Positions 46,602-56,261 of a stretch of DNA of 64,000 bases are shown in pieces. Under the pieces are notes generated by a model. It did not search any database. It was not told the DNA's origin and saw only the letters and a program-made list of their open reading frames with translations. Position 1 is the first letter of the stretch. The number at the start of each line of letters is the position of its first letter. Source of the DNA: Gammaproteobacteria bacterium (GTDB taxonomy: Bacteria > Pseudomonadota > Gammaproteobacteria > JAADGQ01); contig JAKITI010000005.1 of assembly GCA_021648145.1 (NCBI GenBank), forward strand, positions 82,427 through 146,426, written 5' to 3'. Both the position numbers and the translations under genes were made by a program.

Positions 46602-47414
46602 ATGTCTTTGAAACGACAAAGACCGTTAATCATATGCAAGGCTCGGCTGCTTTGCATGACGTTACTGTTTTTTCCAGCATTGCTCTCTGCACAACCTCAA
46701 ATTGCCATCATCATTGACGACCTGGGTTACTCATTAGAGCGAGATTCACGCGCGATTGATCTGCCAGGCTCCATTGCTTATGCATTTTTACCCAATACCC
46801 CACATGCGAAAAAACTCGCCACAAAAGCATTCCAGCAAGGAAAAGAAGTTTTATTGCACCAACCCATGGCATCCATTGATGATAATAATCTGGGCAGCGG
46901 TGGCTTGACTCTTAACATGACAGAGACAGAGGTTACTCAGACTATTCGTGACAATCTACAAGCCATTCCCCACGCCATCGGCATCAACAACCACATGGGT
47001 AGCCTGCTCACCCGCCACCCGGGTCATATGCAATGGGTGATGAATGCAGTTCGTCAACAGGGGGATTTATTTTTTATCGACAGCCGAACAGCCCACCAGT
47101 CCGTCGCCTATAAAATGGCCAATGAGACTCAAGTTCCAAGCTTGCAGCGTGATGTTTTCCTAGATGCCTGGGTCAATCCAAATAAAATTCGACAGCAATA
47201 TAGAAAATTGCTCAAACTCGCCAAGAAAAAAGGCTATGCCATTGCAATAGGCCACCCCTTCCCCGAAACCATCAATATGTTAAGGCAAGAGTTACCCAAC
47301 CTCAAAAGTCAGGGAATTGAACTGGTTTCACTATCAGAGCTCGTGCGACAGAAGAATCTACCAACAAAGACTCAAGAAAAGACCTATCTGGTAAAAAAGA
47401 AGGTTTTGTATTAG
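46602..47414 (+). CDS. Divergent polysaccharide deacetylase family protein (YibQ-like)
   Basis: IAIIIDDLGYS..., ...INNHMGS... and IAIGHP motifs, plus an N-terminal signal/anchor. Confidence 0.8.
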   Translation: MSLKRQRPLIICKARLLCMTLLFFPALLSAQPQIAIIIDDLGYSLERDSRAIDLPGSIAYAFLPNTPHAKKLATKAFQQGKEVLLHQPMASIDDNNLGSGGLTLNMTETEVTQTIRDNLQAIPHAIGINNHMGSLLTRHPGHMQWVMNAVRQQGDLFFIDSRTAHQSVAYKMANETQVPSLQRDVFLDAWVNPNKIRQQYRKLLKLAKKKGYAIAIGHPFPETINMLRQELPNLKSQGIELVSLSELVRQKNLPTKTQEKTYLVKKKVLY

Positions 47415-47450
47415 CATCCCGTAAACCCATACGTTAATATATCAACGACG

Positions 47451-47924
47451 TTGCGGTCTCAAGGAAGAGAAACAGTGAGCCAGATTAAAATAGAGAAACA
47501 AGGACAGTTCGCATTTTCTTTGATCGAAGTACTTATTGCCCTTTTTGTACTTTCAACGGGGCTGTTAGCACTCGCGGGGCTCCAGATAAAAAGCATTCAA
47601 ACCAGCCACCATGCTTACCTGTTCACTCAGGCAACTCTTCAAGCTCATGATATGGCCGAACGCATAAAATCTAATCCGACGTTCAACTATAAAAATACAA
47701 ACAGTGTTTCAAACAAGCCAAACTGCTTTTCCAGAGCCTGTTTACCAAAAGAGATCGCCCAATACGACATTTATGAATGGCAACAAAACATTGCATTATT
47801 GCTGCCTGATGGCGTTGGAGCCATACAAGAAAACGGACTCAATAATTTTACTATTGAGGTCAATTGGCTCAACCAGACTGATCCACAAAACCACCACAGC
47901 TATCAACTCGAATTTAACTTGTAA
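47451..47924 (+). CDS. pilV: Type IV pilus minor pilin / modification protein PilV
   Basis: FSLIEVLIALFVLSTGLLALAGLQ...AHDMAERIKSNP...C..RAC...YEWQ. The start is uncertain (TTG 47451 or GTG 47475). Confidence 0.75.
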   Translation: MRSQGRETVSQIKIEKQGQFAFSLIEVLIALFVLSTGLLALAGLQIKSIQTSHHAYLFTQATLQAHDMAERIKSNPTFNYKNTNSVSNKPNCFSRACLPKEIAQYDIYEWQQNIALLLPDGVGAIQENGLNNFTIEVNWLNQTDPQNHHSYQLEFNL

Positions 47925-48458
47925 TTGTACTCCAAGAATCAAAAAGGGCTCACGCTCGTTGAGCTTATGGTGGCTACATCACTCGCCGCCCTCATCTCTA
48001 TTGGTTTGTGGCAAATATTCATATCAACCAAACAGAGCTATCTCTATCACGAAAATATCGCTCGCCTATTAGAAAACAGCCGCCTTGCGATCATGCTGCT
48101 CAGCAATGATATTCGTTTAGCCAACACAGCCACTTTAAACACAGAAAAAGGGGATGAACGCCTTGAAATTTCCTACCATGCGACACGCGATTGTAATAAT
48201 AATCGCGTCAAAAGTTCTGAACAACCTGTCGTCAATCAATACTTTTTAAAAAACAGCACGCTCATGTGTAATGGCAATGGTGGAACCCCCCAACCACTCG
48301 TCAACGGGATTGATGAAATGCAATTTTTATTTGGTCAGGGTATGAGCAATTCAGTCAACCAATATACAAAAGATCCATCAAAAAATAACGTTATCAGTGT
48401 GCGCATTACGCTCACCATGCAACAAAGATTATTCACAACAACGATCAAGCTCCCCTGA
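47925..48458 (+). CDS. Prepilin-type minor pilin, PilW-like (short)
   Basis: (TTG)YSKNQKG/LTLVELMVATSLAALISIGLWQIF..., followed by a PilW-like region (SYLYHENIARLLENSRLAIMLLSNDIRLA). At 177 aa it is shorter than typical PilW. Confidence 0.55.
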   Translation: MYSKNQKGLTLVELMVATSLAALISIGLWQIFISTKQSYLYHENIARLLENSRLAIMLLSNDIRLANTATLNTEKGDERLEISYHATRDCNNNRVKSSEQPVVNQYFLKNSTLMCNGNGGTPQPLVNGIDEMQFLFGQGMSNSVNQYTKDPSKNNVISVRITLTMQQRLFTTTIKLP

Positions 48459-48538
48459 TTCAAGTAAAAAGCAGCTTTCCGCATGAGCAAGCTCTCGTTA
48501 TACTGGCAGCTCCCTATGAACCGGTCAGAGTTGCAAAT

Positions 48539-49363
48539 ATGGTGCTTTCTTTATTTAAAAAACAGCCGCTTCTTGAAGAAGAGATTATTGATTTGCTCTT
48601 TAACACATTTGCCTGGTCACTGAAAAACTTCGGCACGGATACTTTTTATAATGAGTCTATATTGGTCACACCTTCTGACCAACATTTTCCCGGGCGAGAA
48701 AGTAGCGTTGAGGGTATGGCAACACTCATTCTGGATCGTGTCAAAGGTTATGCGGGTGTACCCCACTGGCCGACACGCCTGATCAATCAGCACCACTACA
48801 ATACTGACCCAGCTACAGAACCCAATATCCAGCAAGCACTTGAAAATTCTAACGAGTTAAAACTGCCACTACTTTATGAGCCCCAGCAAGTTGCTAATCC
48901 GCCGGCAATGATCGCCAACTATGCTCACGCCCTGGCTCATCACCTAGGCTGTCAGGCTCAAGAGCCGCCCCCCTGTGATGAAGAGCAGTGGCCACACATA
49001 ATGGAAATTGTCACGGTTTATATGGGGTTTGGCTTAATCATGGCCAATACCGCCCACCCCTATAAAGGAGGAGGTTGTGGACGGTGCCGTTCCCCTGCGA
49101 TGGATCGTAGTGGTTTTCTGGCTGAAACTGAAGTCACCTATGCGCTTGCAATCTTCTGCGTTCTGAAAGAGATCCCCATTTCAGAAGTTAATGTCCACCT
49201 AAAAGGTTCGCTCCGATCTTTTTTCAAAAAAGCGATGAAAGATGTTGTGAATCAAAAAGAGGCTTTGGCCGCATTGCGAAGCATCAATCAAGCATCATTG
49301 TTACGTGGTAAAAGAGTATCTGACCATGGGCAGTGCTCTGAATTTGTAGAGTTACCCAAATAG
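48539..49363 (+). CDS. Hypothetical protein
   Basis: 274-aa ORF with host-like composition and no TM segment or signal peptide. It contains YAHALAHHLG and GGGCGRCRSP. I do not recognise the family. Confidence 0.6.
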   Translation: MVLSLFKKQPLLEEEIIDLLFNTFAWSLKNFGTDTFYNESILVTPSDQHFPGRESSVEGMATLILDRVKGYAGVPHWPTRLINQHHYNTDPATEPNIQQALENSNELKLPLLYEPQQVANPPAMIANYAHALAHHLGCQAQEPPPCDEEQWPHIMEIVTVYMGFGLIMANTAHPYKGGGCGRCRSPAMDRSGFLAETEVTYALAIFCVLKEIPISEVNVHLKGSLRSFFKKAMKDVVNQKEALAALRSINQASLLRGKRVSDHGQCSEFVELPK

Positions 49364-49391
49364 ACTCTTTTCTGTCACTGTGCTCACTCCT

Positions 49392-51494
49392 TCACTTGAT
49401 TCGTCTAGCCTCAAAAATCCCGCGTAAATGAATTAATTTTTCCAATACTGAAGCCAGTTGTGCTGGATCACCAATATTCAAAGTCAAGCGCATTCTCGCC
49501 TGCTGCAAGCTTTTATCTGTAAAGGTATTTACCGCATTCACATTAATTGAGTATTTGGATAAAACTGCCATCACATCACGCAGCAAACCCGTTCGATCCA
49601 ATGCAATCACTTCGATATCAATTTCATAACTTTGAGTCTGTTTTCCACCCCAGATGACATCAACAAATCGCTGAGGGTTCCGCTCCCTCAATGCCGCTAC
49701 ATTTGAACAATCTTCACGATGAATAGTGACTCCCCGACCCTTTGTAATAAAGCCTACGACTGGATCCTCAGGAAATGGTTTGCAACATCGAGCTAAAGTT
49801 GTCATTAAGCCATCAACACCTTCAACAACAAGGTTACTTTTTAACTGGTTCGAACTTCTTTCATGCCTCTTTAAAAGAAGTTGCTGTTCTTTTTCTTTAT
49901 CTTTGGGTGTTTTAAGTGAATTTAATACCTGATTAACTCCCAGATCACCACGTCCAATAGCAGCATAGAGATCATCAACTTGATGCAAGTTAAAGGTTTT
50001 ACTCAGGGAGTTTAAAACCGAATGACTCGGCAATACACCCATTTGCTTAGTGATTGAGGTTTTACCTGTATGAATATGCTCTTCTCTAAATTCACGCTTA
50101 AACCAGGACTTGACCTTTGACCGAGCTCGAGAGGATTTCAAATAACCAAAATGCTGAGCTAACCAATCACGGCTGGGTTGCGCATCTTTGGCAGTAATAA
50201 TTTCAACCGTTTGACCATTCAATAACGAGAAAGTAAGAGGAACCATCTTCCCGTTCACTTTAGCACCACGGCATCTGTTTCCAACCTCTGAATGAATATG
50301 GTAGGCAAAATCCAGCGGCGTTGCATTGAAGGGCAACTCCACAACATGGCCTTTAGGTGACAGTACATAAATTCGTGAGGGCTTTTGAAGCGAGACATCA
50401 ATGGCTTCGGTTTGATTGAGCGCATCACGTAATGATTCAAGTTGCTCCTCCAGCTCTTTGTCCCTTTTCCCTCCTTCTTTATAGCGCCAATGTGCGGCCA
50501 CACCCAATTCAGCATACGCATGCATTTCGTACGTACGAATTTGAATTTCTACTGTTTTACCTTCAGGGCCAAGAACCGCAGTATGCAGACTTTGATAATT
50601 ATTCGCTTTCGGCGCTGCGACATAATCATCATATTCACTGGGAATAAATTGCCACAAATCATGCACAACACTTAATGCCGAATAACAAGAAGAGAGATCT
50701 TCAACCATGATCCGAACAGCTCGCACATCGTATAAATCAGAAAACTTTAAATCCTTTTTCTGCATTTTTTTCCATATGCTGAAAATGTGCTTGGCTCGAC
50801 CCTGAACTTCCACCGCCAAACCCGCATCACTGAGTTTAGTTTGCAGCTCATCAACAATGCTCTGCATGTATTGCTCACGATCAACTCGGCACTCTTCTAA
50901 CTCTTTCGCAATTTTTTTATATTCGACAGGATGCAAATAGCGAAAGGCTAGATCCTCCAGCTCCCACTTGAGCTGCCCAATACCTAAACGATTTGCCAAG
51001 GGAGCAAAAACTTGTTCCGTCTCTTTTGCAATTCGATGCTGTTCAGGTTTTGTGAGCTGTGTTAAACGATGCATTCTTAGCACTTGGTACGCCAGAATAA
51101 TAAATACCACACGGATATCTTTCATCATATTTAACAGCATCATGTGGTGGCTGCTACTGTCGCTTTCTCCCAAATTGCCTTGAAGTGTATCAACCCAGCG
51201 CTGTTCCAGATTGATCAACGTTTGTGATTGAATTGCCAGATCACAAATTGAAGCAGAATAAACCTCAGCCATCGTAGATTGGTCAAATACCCCAAGCTCT
51301 AAGCTTGTCAGTAATATGGCCGCAACAATGGTTTCACTATCGACATTGAGATGATCTAAAATTTCGGCAATTTGATTCTGATCATTACTGTTTGATCGTT
51401 TTTTATTACCAGAAAAAACTAAAGCCGATTGAATGAGTTGAACATCACTTTGGCTAAAATTTTTACTCCATTGATTAATGCGTTGTCTTTTCAT
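49392..51494 (-). CDS. relA: GTP pyrophosphokinase, RelA-type (degenerate hydrolase domain)
   Basis: Has the synthetase region (...RAKHIFSIWKKMQKKDLKFSDLYDVRAVRIMV...YQSLHTAV...EIQIRTYEMH) plus TGS and ACT regions. The N-terminal HD motif is absent. Confidence 0.9.
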   Translation of the reverse strand: MKRQRINQWSKNFSQSDVQLIQSALVFSGNKKRSNSNDQNQIAEILDHLNVDSETIVAAILLTSLELGVFDQSTMAEVYSASICDLAIQSQTLINLEQRWVDTLQGNLGESDSSSHHMMLLNMMKDIRVVFIILAYQVLRMHRLTQLTKPEQHRIAKETEQVFAPLANRLGIGQLKWELEDLAFRYLHPVEYKKIAKELEECRVDREQYMQSIVDELQTKLSDAGLAVEVQGRAKHIFSIWKKMQKKDLKFSDLYDVRAVRIMVEDLSSCYSALSVVHDLWQFIPSEYDDYVAAPKANNYQSLHTAVLGPEGKTVEIQIRTYEMHAYAELGVAAHWRYKEGGKRDKELEEQLESLRDALNQTEAIDVSLQKPSRIYVLSPKGHVVELPFNATPLDFAYHIHSEVGNRCRGAKVNGKMVPLTFSLLNGQTVEIITAKDAQPSRDWLAQHFGYLKSSRARSKVKSWFKREFREEHIHTGKTSITKQMGVLPSHSVLNSLSKTFNLHQVDDLYAAIGRGDLGVNQVLNSLKTPKDKEKEQQLLLKRHERSSNQLKSNLVVEGVDGLMTTLARCCKPFPEDPVVGFITKGRGVTIHREDCSNVAALRERNPQRFVDVIWGGKQTQSYEIDIEVIALDRTGLLRDVMAVLSKYSINVNAVNTFTDKSLQQARMRLTLNIGDPAQLASVLEKLIHLRGIFEARRIK

Positions 51495-51502
51495 GGAATT
51501 TT

Positions 51503-52177
51503 TTAGTTCGCATTAATTTTTTCCAATAATTGGTCAACAATATTTTTTAAAGACTCCACATCCACTCGCAAAGCCGATACTTCATCGCGTAAATCATCTA
51601 ATTCACTGGAGCGTTGGCTGAGGACTGGTTGACTTAAACCTGGTAGTGATGAAGAGATTTCATCGGCTGGCTCAGCAAATAAGTGCTGGTAACGAATCTC
51701 CCTTCGTCCCGGCTCTCGCGCCATCGGTGAAACAAAAGGCCCACTCTCTTTTTCGATTAAAGCTTTTAGAGTGGATTCGGCATCTGCCAGTGATGCAAAA
51801 TGACACATTCGACTCGTACGAGTACGAATTTCACCCACAGTTTGTGGGCCACGAACAAATAGTACCGACAATACACCTAACTCATTTTGAGAAAAATCAT
51901 ATTGCTGAGTCAGCGTGTCACTGAGTTTATGTGCATACTTTAATACTCTGGCTCCAGCCATTTGCTGGTCACGCGCCAGATTCAGTTCAATCAGGCCTTG
52001 AGTGGCATCCAGAACATCAGATTCAGAGAGCGCCATCACCGGCTCACGGTTCGACTTCTGATTGCATGCATTGGTTAAGGCACTTAAAGTCAGCGGATAA
52101 TAGTCAGGTGTCGTCAGCTGTTTTTCAATCAAACAACCTAATACGCGGATTTGGAAAGTATTTAAATCTAGTGTCAT
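51503..52177 (-). CDS. yceH: YceH family protein (DUF480)
   Basis: MTLDLNTFQIRVLGCLIEKQLTTPDYYPLTLSALTNACNQKSNREPVM... is colinear with YceH. The start is moved to MTLDL. Confidence 0.85.
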   Translation of the reverse strand: MTLDLNTFQIRVLGCLIEKQLTTPDYYPLTLSALTNACNQKSNREPVMALSESDVLDATQGLIELNLARDQQMAGARVLKYAHKLSDTLTQQYDFSQNELGVLSVLFVRGPQTVGEIRTRTSRMCHFASLADAESTLKALIEKESGPFVSPMAREPGRREIRYQHLFAEPADEISSSLPGLSQPVLSQRSSELDDLRDEVSALRVDVESLKNIVDQLLEKINAN

Positions 52178-52260
52178 ATCATCAGTAATAAAAAGAGTAA
52201 TGAAGGGGCTTTGAAGTATTATAATAAAAAGCACTCGACTAAGGTAACCTTCCTTTAATT

Positions 52261-53088
52261 ATGAAGCTAGAAAAACATATAGATATCGATAGTTCAGACA
52301 AAACTGCTGTTGATATTCTGTGGGAGTCAACAGAGTTAACAAAACAGACCATCAAGAAAACTATGACAAAAGGCGCGGTGTGGTTGACCAGAAGCCAGCG
52401 TACACAGCGTATCAGACGAGCAGATAAACAGTTAAAACTAAACGACAGGTTACATCTTTATTATGATACGGAGGTTCTAGAAAAGCAGCCTGACGATGCC
52501 ATTTTAATTGCAGACGAAGATCTATACAGTATCTGGTTTAAACCCTACGGAATGCTCTGCCAAGGTTCAAAATGGGGAGATCATTGCACCATAAACCGCT
52601 GGGTGGAAAAAAATCTGAGCCCCCAGCGCCCCGCTTTTATTGTTCATAGACTTGACCGTGCTGCCACAGGCCTGATCATTATTGCACACCAGAAAAAAGT
52701 AGCCGCCTACTTTTCCAAATTATTTCAAAATCGCCAAGTTGAAAAGCACTACCAAGCCATCGTACATGGCCAATTTCCTGACCAGAAAATATTGGATTCA
52801 GAGGTTAATAACAAACCTGCAATAAGCCATACTACATCCCTTAAATATGATATTGAAACAGACCAGTCAACCATTAAGGTATCAATAGAGACCGGCAGAA
52901 AGCACCAGATCAGACAGCACTTATCAGAAGCAGGTTTTCCAATCGTCGGCGATAGACTGTATGGCAAAAAAATGGCTCCATATGATAAAGACCTGTGCCT
53001 CACATCCTGCTATTTATCTTTCGCCTCTCCCGTGGATGCTACAAAAAAAGTTTACACCTTGCCGGAAGTACTATTTTCTATAATTTAG
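52261..53088 (+). CDS. RluA-family pseudouridine synthase
   Basis: Has the catalytic motif VHRLDRAATGLIIIA, plus ...KHYQAIVHG and ...GRKHQIRQHL. Confidence 0.85.
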   Translation: MKLEKHIDIDSSDKTAVDILWESTELTKQTIKKTMTKGAVWLTRSQRTQRIRRADKQLKLNDRLHLYYDTEVLEKQPDDAILIADEDLYSIWFKPYGMLCQGSKWGDHCTINRWVEKNLSPQRPAFIVHRLDRAATGLIIIAHQKKVAAYFSKLFQNRQVEKHYQAIVHGQFPDQKILDSEVNNKPAISHTTSLKYDIETDQSTIKVSIETGRKHQIRQHLSEAGFPIVGDRLYGKKMAPYDKDLCLTSCYLSFASPVDATKKVYTLPEVLFSII

Positions 53089-53091
53089 GGA

Positions 53092-54096
53092 TTATTCAAC
53101 ATATTCTGCTATCATTTTTTGATAATGGTTGAAACGTTTTTGGCTGATTTTATTTTCACTCAGAGCCATATGGATGGCACACTTGGGTTCACTTTGATGA
53201 GCACAGTTAGAAAACCGGCACATTCCTATATGGGGCCGTAACTCTTTAAAGCCATGCAACACATCACCTGCTGATATATTCCACAAACCAAAATCCCGAA
53301 CGCCAGGGGAATCAATCAATTCCCCTCCGCTCGGCAAATGATAAAGCATTGAATTGGTTGTCGTATGCTTTCCTTCTCCAGTGGCCTCAGACACTTCTCC
53401 AATCCTCATGTCTTGCTCAGGTAGAAGATGCTTAATTAAAGATGATTTTCCGACACCAGAAAGCCCGACAAAGATACTGATTTTATTCTTAAGCACATCT
53501 AACAACGAATCAAAACCAAAGCCCAGAGTTTGACTCGTTTTGATCACTTGATAGCCAATATTACTATATTCAGCTTCAATATTATCAATCAAGATCTGGC
53601 TTTGTGAATTCAATAAATCAATTTTATTAAGCAAAACAATCGGCCTCGCTGGCAAGTTTTCAGCAGCGACCAAGTAGCGGTCAATTAAGTAGGGATTAGG
53701 TTCTGGCAAAATAGAAGAAACGATCACGATCTGATCAATATTAGCGGCCATCGGTTTCAGCTTGCCGCCAAACCCAGGCTTTTGCAAAAGCGTCTTTCGC
53801 TCTTCAATTGCAACAATTACCCCTACATTTTCATTTTTTTTATCTTGTTGCCATATGACCCAGTCACCACAAACAATCGCCCCAACATTCTGCCTGGCAA
53901 AGCAACGAAATACTTTTTTATCCGCATCTTCAACAATCAGGCTTTGACCAAAATTGGTAATCACCTGCCCAGATTGCTCAGATCCCAATCCATGCTCAGA
54001 TATATTTCCCAATATCTGATCAGACTTCTCTCGTCGCTGCTGCTGCCTGTGATGAATACGTCGCTTTTGCTGCTCACTGATCCGACGTTTAGCCAT
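53092..54096 (-). CDS. rsgA: Ribosome small-subunit-dependent GTPase A
   Basis: Shows the circularly permuted GTPase order (LLNKIDLL before GLSGVGKSSLI) and a C-terminal zinc knuckle (CRFSNCAHQSEPKC). Confidence 0.95.
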   Translation of the reverse strand: MAKRRISEQQKRRIHHRQQQRREKSDQILGNISEHGLGSEQSGQVITNFGQSLIVEDADKKVFRCFARQNVGAIVCGDWVIWQQDKKNENVGVIVAIEERKTLLQKPGFGGKLKPMAANIDQIVIVSSILPEPNPYLIDRYLVAAENLPARPIVLLNKIDLLNSQSQILIDNIEAEYSNIGYQVIKTSQTLGFGFDSLLDVLKNKISIFVGLSGVGKSSLIKHLLPEQDMRIGEVSEATGEGKHTTTNSMLYHLPSGGELIDSPGVRDFGLWNISAGDVLHGFKELRPHIGMCRFSNCAHQSEPKCAIHMALSENKISQKRFNHYQKMIAEYVE

Positions 54097-54207
54097 AAAT
54101 ATATCTCATTAATTCAAATTTTTATTTGATTTTATGTTAAAGTAAAAAACTTGAGCTTATTACTCAAGTATTAAACAAATCTAAAATATAAAGTAAGGTT
54201 ATAGCAA

Positions 54208-54381
54208 ATGAACGTAGATCAACACCTCAAAGTAGCACAATGGCATATTGAACAAGCAAGATTGCATGCAACAGAAAGCGATTATAGCTGTGGTTGTCCT
54301 GCTAATGAGCATGACCAGAAAGCGATCAACGCGGTTGAATCTGGCATTATCAAAGAAGAAAAATCCTGCTCAGTTAAGTAA
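54208..54381 (+). CDS. Possible small Cys-containing protein (57 aa), below the ORF-track length cutoff
   Basis: My own translation gives MNVDQHLKVAQWHIEQARLHATESDYSCGCPANEHDQKAINAVESGIIKEEKSCSVK*. It is followed 20 nt later by a hairpin. It sits in an otherwise empty 425-nt gap. Confidence 0.3.
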   Translation: MNVDQHLKVAQWHIEQARLHATESDYSCGCPANEHDQKAINAVESGIIKEEKSCSVK

Positions 54382-54400
54382 GCTGACCTGATTTTCCGAT

Positions 54401-54423
54401 AGGGGTGACCTCACCCCTATTTC
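54401..54423 (+). terminator. Possible terminator hairpin
   Basis: aggggtg-acct-cacccct (7-bp GC-rich stem) followed by atttc. The T-run is weak. Confidence 0.4.
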
Positions 54424-54521
54424 AAAAACTCCCTTCAAATTATTCCCCATACCTCTTGACCCGCCCAGGGGAACAGGATAAAACAGTTGTTTCAGTTAAA
54501 TATTCAGAATATATCAACTGC

Positions 54522-56252
54522 ATGAACAGCAAAGCACTTTATCTACGCCTGATGAGCTATGTACGCGTCTATTGGCGTATTTTCATCGTTGCTCTTATCG
54601 CAACTGCAATCACGGGTTTAAGTGACCCAGCAATTGCTGCCATGATGAAACCACTGATTGATGGTAGCTTTGTGGAGCGTGACCCTGATTATATAGTATG
54701 GGTGCCATTGGCATTTATTGCACTTTTTATGATACGTGGAATTTCAACTTATTTAAGCACGATTGCACTAGCCTGGGTGGCCAATAAAGTAGTGTTAGAC
54801 TTACGGAAAGAGATGTTTGCCAAGCTCCTTGTTTTACCTTCCGACTATTATGCCAATACCAATTCAGGAAGTCTGATTTCCAAATTCACTTATGATGTCA
54901 ATCAAGTCAGCTCAGCAGCCACTCTGGTTTTAGTTGTGCTGGTTCGTGATTCATTAGCCATTATTGGGCTATTGGGCGTGATGCTCTACTTTGATTGGCA
55001 GTTGACCTTGATTTTTTTCCTCATCATTCCTGTTATTGCTATTGTTATTAAAGTCGTCAGCAAGCGAATGAGAAAGCTGAGCCATTTATTACAAAACTCC
55101 ATGGGTAATTTAACCCACATTCTGGAAGAGACAATCAAAGCCCAACGTGTAGTTAAAGTCTTTGGCGGACATAACTATGAAAATAAACGATTTAAAGCAA
55201 CAGCCAACTGGTTGCGGCGTTATGAAATGAAGATCAAAGGAGCATCTGCGCTCAGTGTTCCTGTCGTTCAATTTGTTGGCATTCTTGCATTGGCTGTCAT
55301 CATCTATATTGCATCAGCCAATCAGGAGGTGACAGCAGGAAGCTTTTTGTCGTTTTTAGCCGCCATGGCGATGCTCTTCTCACCGATCAAGCGCCTAACG
55401 AGTATTAACGAACACTTGCAACGTGGGCTTGCGGCTGCAAACAGTATTTTTGCATTTATTGATGAATTTCCTGAGCCAGACAATGGCACCAAAAAAATTA
55501 AAAATGTGACAGGGAAAATTGAATTTAAAAATATTCACTTGAAATACAAAGCCAGTGAAGAGTCCGCACTTAACAACATTAATTTATTGATACAAGCGGG
55601 TGAAACCGTCGCACTTGTTGGGCAATCAGGCAGTGGAAAATCGTCTCTGGCTAATTTAATTCCACGACTATACCTACCAACTGACGGCCAGATTTTATTA
55701 GACGATACTCCTATTGAATCACTCCAACTGGATTGTTTACGATCAAATATCTCAATCGTCACTCAAGATGTCATTTTGTTTAACGATACTATTGAAGCGA
55801 ATATCGCCTATGGTTCTTCATCTGGCAGTAGTAAAAAAGAGATTCTTGCGGCAGCAAAAGCAGCACATACCATGGAATTCATTGAAAAACTACCGGAAGG
55901 TATTAAGACTCTTGTCGGTGAGAATGGAGTACGCCTGTCGGGCGGTCAACGCCAACGTATCGCTATTGCTCGTGCCCTGTTAAAGAATGCGCCCATTCTC
56001 ATTCTTGATGAAGCAACCTCAGCACTGGATAATGAATCAGAACGCCACGTACAAGCCGCACTGGAAGCGGCCAAACAAGGGCGTACAACTTTGATCATTG
56101 CCCACAGGTTATCTACGATTGAACAAGCTGATAAAATTGTTGTGATGAAACAAGGAAAAATTATTGAGACCGGCACTCATCAAACATTGTTGAATAAAAA
56201 AGGCGCTTATTCAAAACTTTACACACTACAATTTGAACAGGGAAGTGTTTAG
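54522..56252 (+). CDS. msbA: Lipid A export ATP-binding/permease protein MsbA
   Basis: Six-TM ABC exporter domain followed by an NBD with GQSGSGKSS, LSGGQRQRIAIARAL and ILILDEATSALD. Start taken at MNSKALYLRLMSYV. Confidence 0.9.
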   Translation: MNSKALYLRLMSYVRVYWRIFIVALIATAITGLSDPAIAAMMKPLIDGSFVERDPDYIVWVPLAFIALFMIRGISTYLSTIALAWVANKVVLDLRKEMFAKLLVLPSDYYANTNSGSLISKFTYDVNQVSSAATLVLVVLVRDSLAIIGLLGVMLYFDWQLTLIFFLIIPVIAIVIKVVSKRMRKLSHLLQNSMGNLTHILEETIKAQRVVKVFGGHNYENKRFKATANWLRRYEMKIKGASALSVPVVQFVGILALAVIIYIASANQEVTAGSFLSFLAAMAMLFSPIKRLTSINEHLQRGLAAANSIFAFIDEFPEPDNGTKKIKNVTGKIEFKNIHLKYKASEESALNNINLLIQAGETVALVGQSGSGKSSLANLIPRLYLPTDGQILLDDTPIESLQLDCLRSNISIVTQDVILFNDTIEANIAYGSSSGSSKKEILAAAKAAHTMEFIEKLPEGIKTLVGENGVRLSGGQRQRIAIARALLKNAPILILDEATSALDNESERHVQAALEAAKQGRTTLIIAHRLSTIEQADKIVVMKQGKIIETGTHQTLLNKKGAYSKLYTLQFEQGSV

Positions 56253-56261
56253 CTCGGATAA

